Positions 18,835-27,483 of a stretch of DNA of 64,000 nt are shown here, piece after piece. Source of the DNA: Dehalococcoidia bacterium (GTDB taxonomy: Bacteria; Chloroflexota; Dehalococcoidia; Lucifugimonadales; Australimonadaceae); contig OZ242210.1 in NCBI GenBank assembly GCA_965206315.1, positions 1,730,822 through 1,794,821 of the forward strand, given 5' to 3'. The notes below the pieces were generated by a model. That model was not told the DNA's origin, ran no database searches, and saw only the letters and a list, made by a program, of their open reading frames with translations. The first letter of the stretch is position 1, and the number at the start of each line of letters is the position of its first letter. The position numbers were made by a program, and so were the translations under genes.

Positions 18835-19253
18835 CACTTCACCCCCATCGCTTCGAGGCCGATGCGCGCCAGCGCCTCGTCCCGTATCGTCGAGTTGCCG
18901 CTCATCGCGATCCCGCCGACGACCTGCCCGCCCGAGACGATGGCGAGCCCGCCCTGGAGCGTCGTCAGCTTCGGGTCGCCCCAGTCGTTCAGCGTGCGAC
19001 GGTTCGCCTTCACGACGTGGTCGCGGAAGTCGACCGTGTTCATGCCGACGCGGGCGGCGGTGTACGCCTTCGCGCGGGCGCGTCCCAGCATCCGGGCGGG
19101 GGCGCCGTCCACCCGGGCGCAGAGCACCTCCTCGCCGCTGGCGTCGGTGATGCAGAGCGCGCCGGGATTGTCCGTGCCGTCGGCGAACTCGGCGAATATC
19201 GCCTCCTTCGCCTTCAGGGCCTCCTCGAGGCCGATGCTCTTCGTCTCGAACAT
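18834..19253 (-). CDS. GlcG/HbpS-like heme-binding (DUF336) protein
   Basis: ALCITDASGEEVL...AKAYTAARVGMNT...LTTLQGGLAIVSGGQVVGGIAMSGNSTIRDEALA. Confidence 0.8.
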   Translation of the reverse strand: MFETKSIGLEEALKAKEAIFAEFADGTDNPGALCITDASGEEVLCARVDGAPARMLGRARAKAYTAARVGMNTVDFRDHVVKANRRTLNDWGDPKLTTLQGGLAIVSGGQVVGGIAMSGNSTIRDEALARIGLEAMGVK

Positions 19254-19256
19254 GGC

Positions 19257-20027
19257 TTACAACTCCCTCAGCAGCCGGCCGAAGCCGGGTATCTGGTCGT
19301 CCACTCCGGCGAGGCGCAGCGACTGCCACGCCATCGCCTGCATACTGCTCACGACCGGCACGCCGAGCTCCTGCTCCAGCGTGTCGACGACGGCGACGCT
19401 CGGCATGAGCGCGCCCGTGATCCACACCCCGTCGGCGTTGGGCGTCGCGCGGAACAGGTCCGCCGCCATCCGTCGCACGATGCCGAGGTCCATCGTCGAG
19501 ACCTCGAACGCGCGCAACTCCCCGCCCGCGACCTCGCCGACCACCGAGCCCGCGTTCGCGACCTCGATGTCCGCGTTCGCGACGTACTCGGCCAGCTGGG
19601 CGTGCGTCTTGTCGTCGAACGGCGTCAGCATCGCCACCCGGCTCATGCCGAGCGCGTTCATCGCCTTGATGCACGAGCCGAGGTCGGTCGCCGCGGGTGT
19701 GTCCGTGACGCTGCCGATGCGGCGCAGGATCTCGTCCTCGAACCTCCACCCGCGCCCGGCGATGATCGGCACGCCCGCCTGCATGATCGACTGCGGCCGG
19801 CGCGTCATGATCTCCTCGGTCGCCGCCGGCAGGCGTTCGATGCCCGCCGCGTACGACCGCTCGCCCTCCGAGAGGACGACGCCGAGCGACGTCATGACGA
19901 TGGTCACGCCCTCCGGCGCGATGAGGTAGAACTCGTACGAGTTGTTCTCGTGCGCGGGCGACGGGGTGATGAACCCGCACCGTGCGCGCCAGCCGTAGGG
20001 GCGGTCAGCGGTCGCGGTCAGCGCCAT
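19257..20027 (-). CDS. Asp/Glu racemase superfamily protein (maleate isomerase / arylmalonate decarboxylase-like)
   Basis: MALTATADRPYGWRARCGFITPSPAHENNSYEFYLIAPEGV... Internal ATG chosen at 20027. Confidence 0.7.
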   Translation of the reverse strand: MALTATADRPYGWRARCGFITPSPAHENNSYEFYLIAPEGVTIVMTSLGVVLSEGERSYAAGIERLPAATEEIMTRRPQSIMQAGVPIIAGRGWRFEDEILRRIGSVTDTPAATDLGSCIKAMNALGMSRVAMLTPFDDKTHAQLAEYVANADIEVANAGSVVGEVAGGELRAFEVSTMDLGIVRRMAADLFRATPNADGVWITGALMPSVAVVDTLEQELGVPVVSSMQAMAWQSLRLAGVDDQIPGFGRLLREL

Positions 20028-20119
20028 GCGTCCTCCTCCTGGAAGGGGTGCGGTGGGAGTGTACCCGGAGGGTTGGCGGCGCGCCACTCGTGGAGGGGGG
20101 TTGAGTAACTATGTGAACA

Positions 20120-20143
20120 GATGATAGAATCATAACTATCATC
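20120..20143. promoter_or_regulatory. AT-rich 8-bp-arm palindrome GATGATAG-N8-CTATCATC upstream of the Fic gene
   Basis: Perfect inverted repeat in the only AT-rich stretch between two convergent/divergent high-G+C genes. Confidence 0.4.
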
Positions 20144-20244
20144 TGAGCAGAGGTGATACTATCTTCTCGCCGCGATACACATACTCCGCCCGGATACGGG
20201 GCTCACTGGAAGCTCTGGACCGGCAGCGCTGGCTGTTCGAGAAC

Positions 20245-21201
20245 ATGCTGCTCATGCCCAAGTACGAGGTGTGGGTCAAGCGCAGCATCTCGGTTGCGCG
20301 CGTCGCTGGAACAACCGCCATCGAAGGCGAGGGGATCGGCGCGGAAGCGGTCAGCGACCTGATGCGGGGCGGCGCTGCCGCGCGTTCGGACGCCGACGCC
20401 GTACGTGCCAACAGTAACGCGATCGCCGCGTATGAGTTCATCGACTACCTGAGCGACCAGTCGGACATACCGCTGAGTGAGTTGGTGATACGCGAACTGA
20501 ACAGGCAGTTCATGCGGGGTGGCCCGGAACTGCTGACGCCGGGGGTCTACCGCAGAGGGCAGAACTCGGTAGGGAACTTCATGCCGCCGAACCAGGGCGA
20601 CGTCCCCGCGCTCATGCGCGACTTCGCCGAGTGGCTCTGCGCGGACGACGACGTGCATCCGGTGCTCCGCGCCGGTATCGCGCACCTGCACCTCGTGTCC
20701 ATCCATCCGTTCTGGGACGGCAACGGGCGGACGTCGCGCGGGCTGATGACGCTCATCCTTCAGCGTTCCCCGTTCGGGTTCCGGAACCTGCTGTCGGTAG
20801 AGTCCTGGTTCGCGGACAGGCGGGACGCCTACATAGACGCCATCGAACGAGCGCAGGGGAGGGCGTTCTCCAAGACATACGACATGACCGGTTGGCTGGA
20901 GTTCTTCGTCGAGGCACTGGCAGCGGCGGCGCAGTCACTGATGAACGAGCTGACGGACTGGCATCGGTGGATGCAGGAGGTCCAGGGTTCACTGAGGCAG
21001 GCGGGGCTCAATGATCGGCAGGCTGACGGGCTCGCCTACGCCGCGCGGGCGGGGCGCATCACCAGACCGGAGTACATCGAGATTACCGGCGTCTCGCCCA
21101 TCACGGCGACCCGTGACCTGGCGCGCCTTGTGGAGGCGGGCTTCCTGGAGGTACAGGGGCGTACGCGAGGCCGCGCCTACCTCTTCAAACGGCAGGTGTA
21201 A
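20245..21201 (+). CDS. Fic/DOC family protein with C-terminal winged-helix domain
   Basis: SIHPFWDGNGRTSRGL matches the Fic motif HPFx(D/E)GNGRxxR. C-terminal ITRPEYIEITGVSPITATRDLARLVEAGFLE. The frame is open and protein-like back to 20128 with no ATG/GTG/TTG, so the true start is probably upstream. Confidence 0.85.
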   Translation: MLLMPKYEVWVKRSISVARVAGTTAIEGEGIGAEAVSDLMRGGAAARSDADAVRANSNAIAAYEFIDYLSDQSDIPLSELVIRELNRQFMRGGPELLTPGVYRRGQNSVGNFMPPNQGDVPALMRDFAEWLCADDDVHPVLRAGIAHLHLVSIHPFWDGNGRTSRGLMTLILQRSPFGFRNLLSVESWFADRRDAYIDAIERAQGRAFSKTYDMTGWLEFFVEALAAAAQSLMNELTDWHRWMQEVQGSLRQAGLNDRQADGLAYAARAGRITRPEYIEITGVSPITATRDLARLVEAGFLEVQGRTRGRAYLFKRQV

Positions 21202-21295
21202 CTGGCGTTAGCCTGTGGGCATTGGCTTAAACAAATCCGGCGAAAAGTTACAGTTTCGAGCGAAACAGTAACCGGCGTTACTGTGCGCGGCCGCC

Positions 21296-21931
21296 CTAGC
21301 CGCGGCGCTTGCGCAGCTCCGCCCAGACGTCGTCCGGCGAAAGGCCCGCGTCGGCCAGCAGCACGAGCGTGTGGTAGAGGAGGTCGGCGACCTCGCCGGG
21401 GAGCTCCGCAGTCTCCTTCGTGGTCGCGGCGAGCGCGACCTCCACGCCCTCCTCGCCGACCTTCTGCGCGATGCGGGCCGTGCCGCTCTCGAACAGCGAC
21501 GTCGTGTAGCTACCCTCGGGGCGCTCCTGCTGTCGCTGGCGTATGACCTGGAACACCTCCGAGAGGACGCCGGGGCCCGCGTCGCTCCGCTCATACTCCG
21601 GCTGCTCCGGCAGCGGCGTGAAGAAGCACGAGCGCTCGCCGGTGTGGCACGCCGGGCCGTCCGCGCGCACCTTGAACAGCAGCACGTCGCCGTCGCAGTC
21701 GACCTGCGCGGATGAGACGTGCAGGAACGCGCCGGACGTCTCGCCCTTGTGCCACGGCGCCTGGCGCGAGCGGCTGTAGAAGTGCATCTCGCCCGACTCC
21801 AGCGTGCGCGCGACCGCGTCCGGGTTCATGTACGCGACCATCAGCACCTCGCCGGTGGCCTCGTCCTGGCAGATGGCCGTCACGAGCCCCTGGGCGTCGA
21901 GTTGTATCCGTGGGTCCTCTGCGGTCGTCAT
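21296..21931 (-). CDS. hisI: bifunctional phosphoribosyl-AMP cyclohydrolase / phosphoribosyl-ATP pyrophosphatase
   Basis: LVTAICQDEATGEVLMVAYMN...WHKGETSG...DCDGDVLLFKV (HisI), then SYTTSLFESG...KVGEEGVEV...ADLLYHTLVLL (HisE). Confidence 0.92.
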   Translation of the reverse strand: MTTAEDPRIQLDAQGLVTAICQDEATGEVLMVAYMNPDAVARTLESGEMHFYSRSRQAPWHKGETSGAFLHVSSAQVDCDGDVLLFKVRADGPACHTGERSCFFTPLPEQPEYERSDAGPGVLSEVFQVIRQRQQERPEGSYTTSLFESGTARIAQKVGEEGVEVALAATTKETAELPGEVADLLYHTLVLLADAGLSPDDVWAELRKRRG

Positions 21932-21954
21932 CGGGTCCCTCCGTTCGCGGCGCG

Positions 21955-22695
21955 TCAGTCCAGCAGCGCCGGGATCTCGGACAGATCGCTCACGATGTGG
22001 TCCGGCGGCAGCAGCGCGCCGTTCTCGGGCGGCGGCGTGCGCCCCGGCGTGTCCTGCGTACGCTGCACCAGCACCGTCTGCATGCCGGCGAGCTTCGCGC
22101 CGTGCGCGTCGTCGTAGGGCGAGTCGCCCACGTAGAGCACGGCCTCCGGCGCGACGCCCATCTCGTCCACGAGGCGGGCGAAGATGCGCGGGTCCGGCTT
22201 GTAGGCGCACGCCTCCTCCGATGAGAGGACATAGGAGAAGCAGTCCCAGCCGTTGTGCGCGATCGTCCCGTAGAGGAAGCGGTCGTCCGCGTTGGAGAGC
22301 ACAGCGAGCGTCCGCGTTCTCGCCAGCGCATCGAGCGCGTCGTTCGTCTCGGGAAACGCGTCCCTGGCAGCGAGCGCCGTCACGCTGTCGGATGCCGCCT
22401 GCTCCGCGTCGCCGGTCAGCCCCATCGCCTCGAACGTTTCGATGAAGGCGTCGCGCCACGCCTCCCAGTACGTCTTGAACGGCGGGCTCGCCTCCGGGTC
22501 GGCCATGTTCGTGCGCGTCTTGCGGAACTGCACGTCGCGGATGGCCCACTCCTTCCAGAAGGCGAGGGCGTCCACGGGCAGGCGCTGCCCGTCCACGATC
22601 GCCTTGTGCGCCATCTGCCATTCCGCCGTGTCGTTCTTCACGAGCGTGCTGAACATGTCGAAGGCGACGACTTCGATGTGCCTGAGGCCTGCCAT
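21955..22695 (-). CDS. HAD-superfamily hydrolase (subfamily IA-like)
   Basis: VVAFDMFSTLV (DxF/DxT motif I), LSNAD, YKPDPRIF and YVGDSPYDDAHGA (motif IV). Confidence 0.8.
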   Translation of the reverse strand: MAGLRHIEVVAFDMFSTLVKNDTAEWQMAHKAIVDGQRLPVDALAFWKEWAIRDVQFRKTRTNMADPEASPPFKTYWEAWRDAFIETFEAMGLTGDAEQAASDSVTALAARDAFPETNDALDALARTRTLAVLSNADDRFLYGTIAHNGWDCFSYVLSSEEACAYKPDPRIFARLVDEMGVAPEAVLYVGDSPYDDAHGAKLAGMQTVLVQRTQDTPGRTPPPENGALLPPDHIVSDLSEIPALLD

Positions 22696-22699
22696 CGTC

Positions 22700-23539
22700 T
22701 CAGTGGACCTCGCGCGTGGGGATGCCCTGCGCCGCCAGCGAACGCTTCACGTCCGCGATGACGTGCTGGCCGTAGTGGAAGATGGAGGCCGCGAGCGCCG
22801 CATCGGCGTGGCCGTCGGTCACCGCCTGCGCGAGGTGCTCGATGCAGCCCGCACCGCCGCTCGCGATGACGGGGATAGGGACGGCGTCGGCCACCGCGCG
22901 GGTGAGCTCGAGGTCGTAGCCGTCCTGGTGGCCGTCGGCGTCCATGCTCGTGAGCAGCACCTCGCCCGCGCCGAGCTCCGCCGTGTACTCCGCCCATCGC
23001 ACGGCGTCGATGCCGGTGGGCGTGCGACCGCCGTGGATGTAGACCTCCCACCGCGACTCCGGGCCGACGGCGAGCGCTCCTTTGCCGGGATGGCCGTCCG
23101 CCAGCAGCGACGGGTCCGCCGCCGGGCTGTCCGGTGCGATGCGGCGCGCGTCGATGGCGATCACGAGGCACTGGTTGCCGAACGCCGCCGTCGCCGCCGC
23201 GAACGCGTCCGGGTTCAGCACCGCCGCCGTGTTCATCGACACCTTGTCCGCGCCCGCGTTCAGCAGCTTCCGCACGTCCTCGACGGTGCGCACGCCTCCG
23301 CCGACCGTGAGCGGGATGAAAACCTGCTCCGACACGTGCTCCACCACGTCGATGATGGTGTCGCGTCCGTCCGAGCTGGCGGTGATGTCGAGGAAGACGA
23401 GCTCGTCCGCGCCCTCACGGTCGTAGAAGGCGGCGAGCTCGACGGGGTCTCCGGCGTCGCGCAGGTTGACGAAGGACGCGCCCTTGACGACGCGCCCGCC
23501 GGTGACATCCAGGCACGGGATGATGCGCTTGGTGAGCAT
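22700..23539 (-). CDS. hisF: imidazole glycerol phosphate synthase cyclase subunit
   Basis: [55 protein letters not shown]. It has an internal insertion around aa 125-165 relative to typical HisF length. Confidence 0.92.
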   Translation of the reverse strand: MLTKRIIPCLDVTGGRVVKGASFVNLRDAGDPVELAAFYDREGADELVFLDITASSDGRDTIIDVVEHVSEQVFIPLTVGGGVRTVEDVRKLLNAGADKVSMNTAAVLNPDAFAAATAAFGNQCLVIAIDARRIAPDSPAADPSLLADGHPGKGALAVGPESRWEVYIHGGRTPTGIDAVRWAEYTAELGAGEVLLTSMDADGHQDGYDLELTRAVADAVPIPVIASGGAGCIEHLAQAVTDGHADAALAASIFHYGQHVIADVKRSLAAQGIPTREVH

Positions 23540-23607
23540 GGCCCTAACAGGATACCGGACGAGCGTGAGGGCGTGCTCCCGCGTAGGCGTGCTTCGCAGG
23601 AGTACGC

Positions 23608-24246
23608 CTACGCCGTCCACTGCACGTGGCCGTACAGGTCGTCGGGCTGCGGCTTGCTCTTGAAGACGGCGAACTCCGCCTTCGACGCTGCGACGGTCGT
23701 GTCCGCGCCGTGGCCGGGGAGCACGAGCGAGCCGTCGGGCAGCGTGAGCAGCCGCTCCTCGATGCTCTGCACGACCTGCCGGAGGTCGTCGGGCGTGTTC
23801 GTGCGGCCCGGACCGCCGGGGAAGAGGGTGTCGCCGGAGACGAGCGTGCCGTCGGTGAAGAGGCAGAGCGCGCCGGGCGTGTGGCCGGGCGTGTGCAGGA
23901 TGCGTATGCGCGTCGCGCCGATGCTGAGCTCGTCGTTGTGGGCGAGCAGCGCGTCCGGCTCTCCGGGCAGCCTGCGGGCGTCGCTCTCGTGCACCGAGAC
24001 CGGAAGGTCGGTGAGCCGCTTGAGGTCGGCGTAACCCGCGACGTGGTCAGGGTGCGTGTGCGTGACGATGACGCCCTTGACCTGGAAGCCGTCCGCCTCG
24101 CTCAGCAGCCGCTCGATCTCCGCGGGCGCGTCGACGAGGTACGCCTCCTTCGTGGCCGGGTCGGCGATGACGTAGCCGTTGTTGTCGTACGGCCCCATGC
24201 CGGCGACCTTGAACACGAGATGCGGGCCATCGTAGACGAGCGTCAT
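23608..24246 (-). CDS. MBL-fold metallo-hydrolase (glyoxalase II-like)
   Basis: [13 protein letters not shown] (HxHxDH); start at MTLVYDG. Confidence 0.85.
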   Translation of the reverse strand: MTLVYDGPHLVFKVAGMGPYDNNGYVIADPATKEAYLVDAPAEIERLLSEADGFQVKGVIVTHTHPDHVAGYADLKRLTDLPVSVHESDARRLPGEPDALLAHNDELSIGATRIRILHTPGHTPGALCLFTDGTLVSGDTLFPGGPGRTNTPDDLRQVVQSIEERLLTLPDGSLVLPGHGADTTVAASKAEFAVFKSKPQPDDLYGHVQWTA

Positions 24247-24306
24247 GCGCAACTCCTTCGCTCGGTGTCTGCGTAGGATAACGCGGAGCGCGCCGATCGG
24301 GGTGCT

Positions 24307-24708
24307 ATGGTGGGCGGCACGAACGTAACGGAGGCGCAGGAAGTGGAAGGCTCGTTGAAGGACGCGGTGCGCGAGTACGCGCTCGGGCTGCCCGGAGCGT
24401 GGGAGGACCACCCGTGGGGCGAGAGCGCCATCAAGGTGGGGAAGAAGGTGTTCGCGTTCCTCGGTGTGCCGGGGACGGGGTTCGGCATGGGCGTGAAACT
24501 GCCGCAGTCCTCCGGCGCGCTGCTCTCGATGCCGTTCGCGCGTCCGGCGGGCTACGGCCTCGGCAGAAGCGGATGGGTGGAGATGACGTTCGCCGAGGAC
24601 GATGCCGACGCTCCTCCGCTCGATCTGCTGCTGGAGTGCGTCGAGGAGAGCTACCGCGCCATCGCGCCGAAGACGCTCGTGAAGGAACTCGACGCGCGGG
24701 GAGGGTAG
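24307..24708 (+). CDS. MmcQ/YjbR family DNA-binding protein
   Basis: LPGAWEDHPWGESAIKVGKKVFAFLG...GWVEMTF pattern typical of YjbR-like proteins. Confidence 0.7.
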   Translation: MVGGTNVTEAQEVEGSLKDAVREYALGLPGAWEDHPWGESAIKVGKKVFAFLGVPGTGFGMGVKLPQSSGALLSMPFARPAGYGLGRSGWVEMTFAEDDADAPPLDLLLECVEESYRAIAPKTLVKELDARGG

Positions 24709-24714
24709 GGCCGC

Positions 24715-25719
24715 CTACCGCAGGGCGGGCAGCACCTCTGCCGCCGCAAGGCGTATCGCGCCCTCGACGACGTCGCGCGGCGTGCCCGGCCACCCGAAGC
24801 GCAGCGACGCGTGCGTGACGCCCACGTCGGCGAAGCGCTGCAGGTCGGCGGTGACGTCGTCCGGGCTGCCGACGATGAAGCGTCCCGCGGCCAGCTCCTC
24901 GAACGGTTGGGTGAAGTCTTCCTCGCCGGGGAGCGCCTTGTCCTGCCCCCATGCGGCGTACGCCTGGTACTTCCCCTCCAGGAAGGGGCGCGCCGTCGCG
25001 ATGGCCTGCTCCCGGGTCGGCGCCACGAACGTCTCGCGCGACATCGGCAGCGTGTCGACGGGCGGGTGGCCGTGCTCGGCGCGCACCGTCTTGTACAGCT
25101 CCACCTGCCGTGCCAGCGTGTCGAATGGGGCGTGCGGGTTGAGGTACCACGTCTCCCCGGTGCGGGCGATGCGGCGGACCATGCCGTCGCCGTTCGCGGC
25201 GATCCAGATGCGCGGGTGCGGCTGCTGGATGGGGCGTATGCCGAGGTGCACGCCGGTGACCTTCGTGAAGCGACCCTCGAACGTCACCTCGCCGCCGGCC
25301 CAGAGCTGCCGCGCGAGGCGCAGGTTCTCGAACATCCGCGCGATGCGGTCCTCGTGCGTGACGCCGAACGCCTCGTACTCCTCGTCGCGGTAGCCGAGCG
25401 CCGCGTTGATGATGACGCGCCCGTTCGTGAGTACGTCCAGCGTCGCGACGTCCTCGGCCATCTGCACGGGGTTCTGCAGCGGGATGAGGACGGTCGAGAG
25501 CATGTCCATGTCGCCGGTCTCGGCGCTGATGCGGGCGAGCGCGATGAGCGGCTGGAGCATCTGGAACGGGTGCGAGAGGTAGTGCTGACCGGCGTAGATG
25601 TAGTCGAAGCCCAGTTCGCGCCCGACGCGCACGAGGTGGAGCACGTCGGCGAACCGCTGCACCATGTCGCCGTCGCCGGAGTGCTGGAGGAGGCCGGAGA
25701 GGGAGAGTCCGAACTTCAC
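24715..25719 (-). CDS. LLM-class (luciferase-like) flavin/F420-dependent oxidoreductase
   Basis: VKFGLSLSG...GFDYIYAGQHYL...LDVLTNGRVIINAALGY. GTG start at 25719 overlaps the upstream stop (GTGA). Confidence 0.8.
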   Translation of the reverse strand: MKFGLSLSGLLQHSGDGDMVQRFADVLHLVRVGRELGFDYIYAGQHYLSHPFQMLQPLIALARISAETGDMDMLSTVLIPLQNPVQMAEDVATLDVLTNGRVIINAALGYRDEEYEAFGVTHEDRIARMFENLRLARQLWAGGEVTFEGRFTKVTGVHLGIRPIQQPHPRIWIAANGDGMVRRIARTGETWYLNPHAPFDTLARQVELYKTVRAEHGHPPVDTLPMSRETFVAPTREQAIATARPFLEGKYQAYAAWGQDKALPGEEDFTQPFEELAAGRFIVGSPDDVTADLQRFADVGVTHASLRFGWPGTPRDVVEGAIRLAAAEVLPALR

Positions 25720-26243
25720 GATGCCGCGTCCAGCCGCGCGATGTCGGCCTGTATCTCGGTGAGCCTGCCGATGATCTCCCTGATGCGGGCCCGGTTCTCC
25801 CGGCTGTTCGCCTGGGCGCCTTGCGCCCACACAGAGGTTGTCTCTATCCACTCGTCGTAGTCCTCTATCCGGGCCGCATGCTCTTGCACTCGTTCCTGGT
25901 ACAACTCCATCCAGTGTTCGTACGCCTGGCCCCGGGCCTGGAACTCCCGTATGCGTGCGTCGGACTCCCTTATGCGTTCCTCAGACTCCCTGATGCGCGC
26001 CTCGTGCTCTTCCGTTCGCGCTTCATGCTCCCGCATCTGCGCCCAGAACTGCTGCCGCCACTCCTCGTGCGCCTTCTCCCGCTCCTGCCACTCTTGCGCC
26101 CGCGCCTGGACCGCCTGGAACTTCTCCTCCATTACCTGGAAGCGCTGCTCCTGCGCTTCGTGCTCCCCCTCCATCCGGTCCATCGCCTGGACGAGGTTGG
26201 CTATGGCCCTGGCGTGCATCTCCATGCGGTCCGGTGAACTCAT
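25716..26243 (-). CDS. coiled-coil protein with Glu/Arg heptad repeats
   Basis: HEARTEEHEARIRESEERIRESDARIREFQARGQAYE repeats. No domain recognised. Translationally coupled to the LLM gene. Confidence 0.5.
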   Translation of the reverse strand: MSSPDRMEMHARAIANLVQAMDRMEGEHEAQEQRFQVMEEKFQAVQARAQEWQEREKAHEEWRQQFWAQMREHEARTEEHEARIRESEERIRESDARIREFQARGQAYEHWMELYQERVQEHAARIEDYDEWIETTSVWAQGAQANSRENRARIREIIGRLTEIQADIARLDAAS

Positions 26244-26431
26244 CGACTCTCCTCCGTGCGCCGCGATTATAGCAACGGGCGTCGCCCCCAACGACCGCCG
26301 CGTGTCACTCGTTTCCGGCGCATCCCGAGAGATTCCTCGACTCCGCCATCGGCTACCGCCGACGGCTCCGCTCGGAATGACAATTGCTATGATTTGCCCG
26401 CGACCGGAACGCCGGACGGAGGCCGAGACCG

Positions 26432-27253
26432 ATGGACCGCACAGCCCACATCGCGCAGCGCATCGTTGGCGCGCGCATATTCGAGTACGCCATCATCGCG
26501 CTCATCCTCGCGAGCGGCGCGCTGCTCGGACTCGCCACCTCACCCGACATCGTCGACCGCTACGGCGACGCCATCGAGATGGGCAACCGGGTCATCCTCG
26601 GCGTGTTCATCGTGGAGGCGGCGCTCAAGATGCTGGCGCTCGCCCCGACTTCCCAGCGCTACTTCCGCGACGGCTGGAACGTCTTCGACTTCGCCATCAT
26701 CGTCTTCGCGCTCGTGCCGGCGACCGGCTCGTTCGCCATGGTCGCGCGGCTCGGACGGCTGCTGCGCGTGCTGCGCCTCATCTCCGCGATCAAGGAGCTG
26801 CGGCTCATCGTCGGCGCGCTCGTGCGCTCCATCCCCAGCGTCGCCAACATCATGATGCTGATGAGCATCGTCGTGTACATCTACGCCATCGTCGGTTACC
26901 ACCTCTTCCACGAGGCCGACCCCACCCACTGGCGCACTCTCGGCATATCGCTGCTGTCGCTCTTCCGCGTCATCACGCTGGAGGACTGGACGGACATCAT
27001 GTACGCGGCGATGGAGCACCACGGGCTCGCGTGGCTCTACTTCCTCAGCTTCGTGGTGGGCGGCACGTTCGTCGTGGCGAACCTCTTCATCGCGGTCGTC
27101 ATCAACAACCTGGACAAGGCGAAGGTCGACCAGCTGATGACACTGGAGTCGCCGCCCTCGCGCGAGGAACTCCTGCGCGAGCTCCGCACGACGCAGGAGA
27201 CACTCCGCCGCCTGGAGGAGCGCCTCGGCGGATACGGCGGGGAGGGGCGGTAG
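26432..27253 (+). CDS. bacterial voltage-gated cation channel (BacNaV/NaChBac family, single 6-TM domain)
   Basis: S4 RLGRLLRVLRLISAIKELR (Arg every third residue), pore FRVITLEDWTDIMY, and C-terminal coiled coil SREELLRELRTTQETLRRLEERL. Confidence 0.85.
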   Translation: MDRTAHIAQRIVGARIFEYAIIALILASGALLGLATSPDIVDRYGDAIEMGNRVILGVFIVEAALKMLALAPTSQRYFRDGWNVFDFAIIVFALVPATGSFAMVARLGRLLRVLRLISAIKELRLIVGALVRSIPSVANIMMLMSIVVYIYAIVGYHLFHEADPTHWRTLGISLLSLFRVITLEDWTDIMYAAMEHHGLAWLYFLSFVVGGTFVVANLFIAVVINNLDKAKVDQLMTLESPPSREELLRELRTTQETLRRLEERLGGYGGEGR

Positions 27254-27275
27254 GCTTCCTCCGTCAATCCGCCTC

Positions 27276-27305
27276 CTTCCGTCATTCCAGCGGAGGCTGG
27301 AATCC
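27276..27305. repeat. REP-like type 1 hairpin
   Basis: CCTTCCGTCATTCCAGCGGAGGCTGGAATCC. Confidence 0.8.
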
Positions 27306-27314
27306 AGCGGCCCT

Positions 27315-27465
27315 GAACAAGGTGGCCAACCGGCCCGAAATCTGGCCACCTTGTTACCGGCGTTACGAGTAAACCAGGCGCTCCATTTGGCCACCTTGGC
27401 CACCTTGTGTTGCTCTGCGCAAGGCCACGACCTGGTTTCCGCAACAAGTGAACAAGGTGGCCAAC
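27315..27465. repeat. cluster of four copies of the 13-mer AACAAGGTGGCCA (two direct, two inverted) plus AAACCAGG/CCTGGTTT inverted repeat
   Basis: GAACAAGGTGGCCAAC at 27315 and 27450. TGGCCACCTTGTT at 27343 and within 27387-27412. AAACCAGG at 27371 and CCTGGTTT at about 27431. Confidence 0.7.
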
Positions 27466-27483
27466 GAATTTCACAAGTTGGGC

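Noticed and set aside
16441-19929. 1162-aa plus-strand ORF, the longest in the track
   Set aside because: It runs antisense across four well-supported minus-strand genes and starts inside a repeat element. Its composition is low-complexity (R/A/G/V/D/H) with no domain signature.
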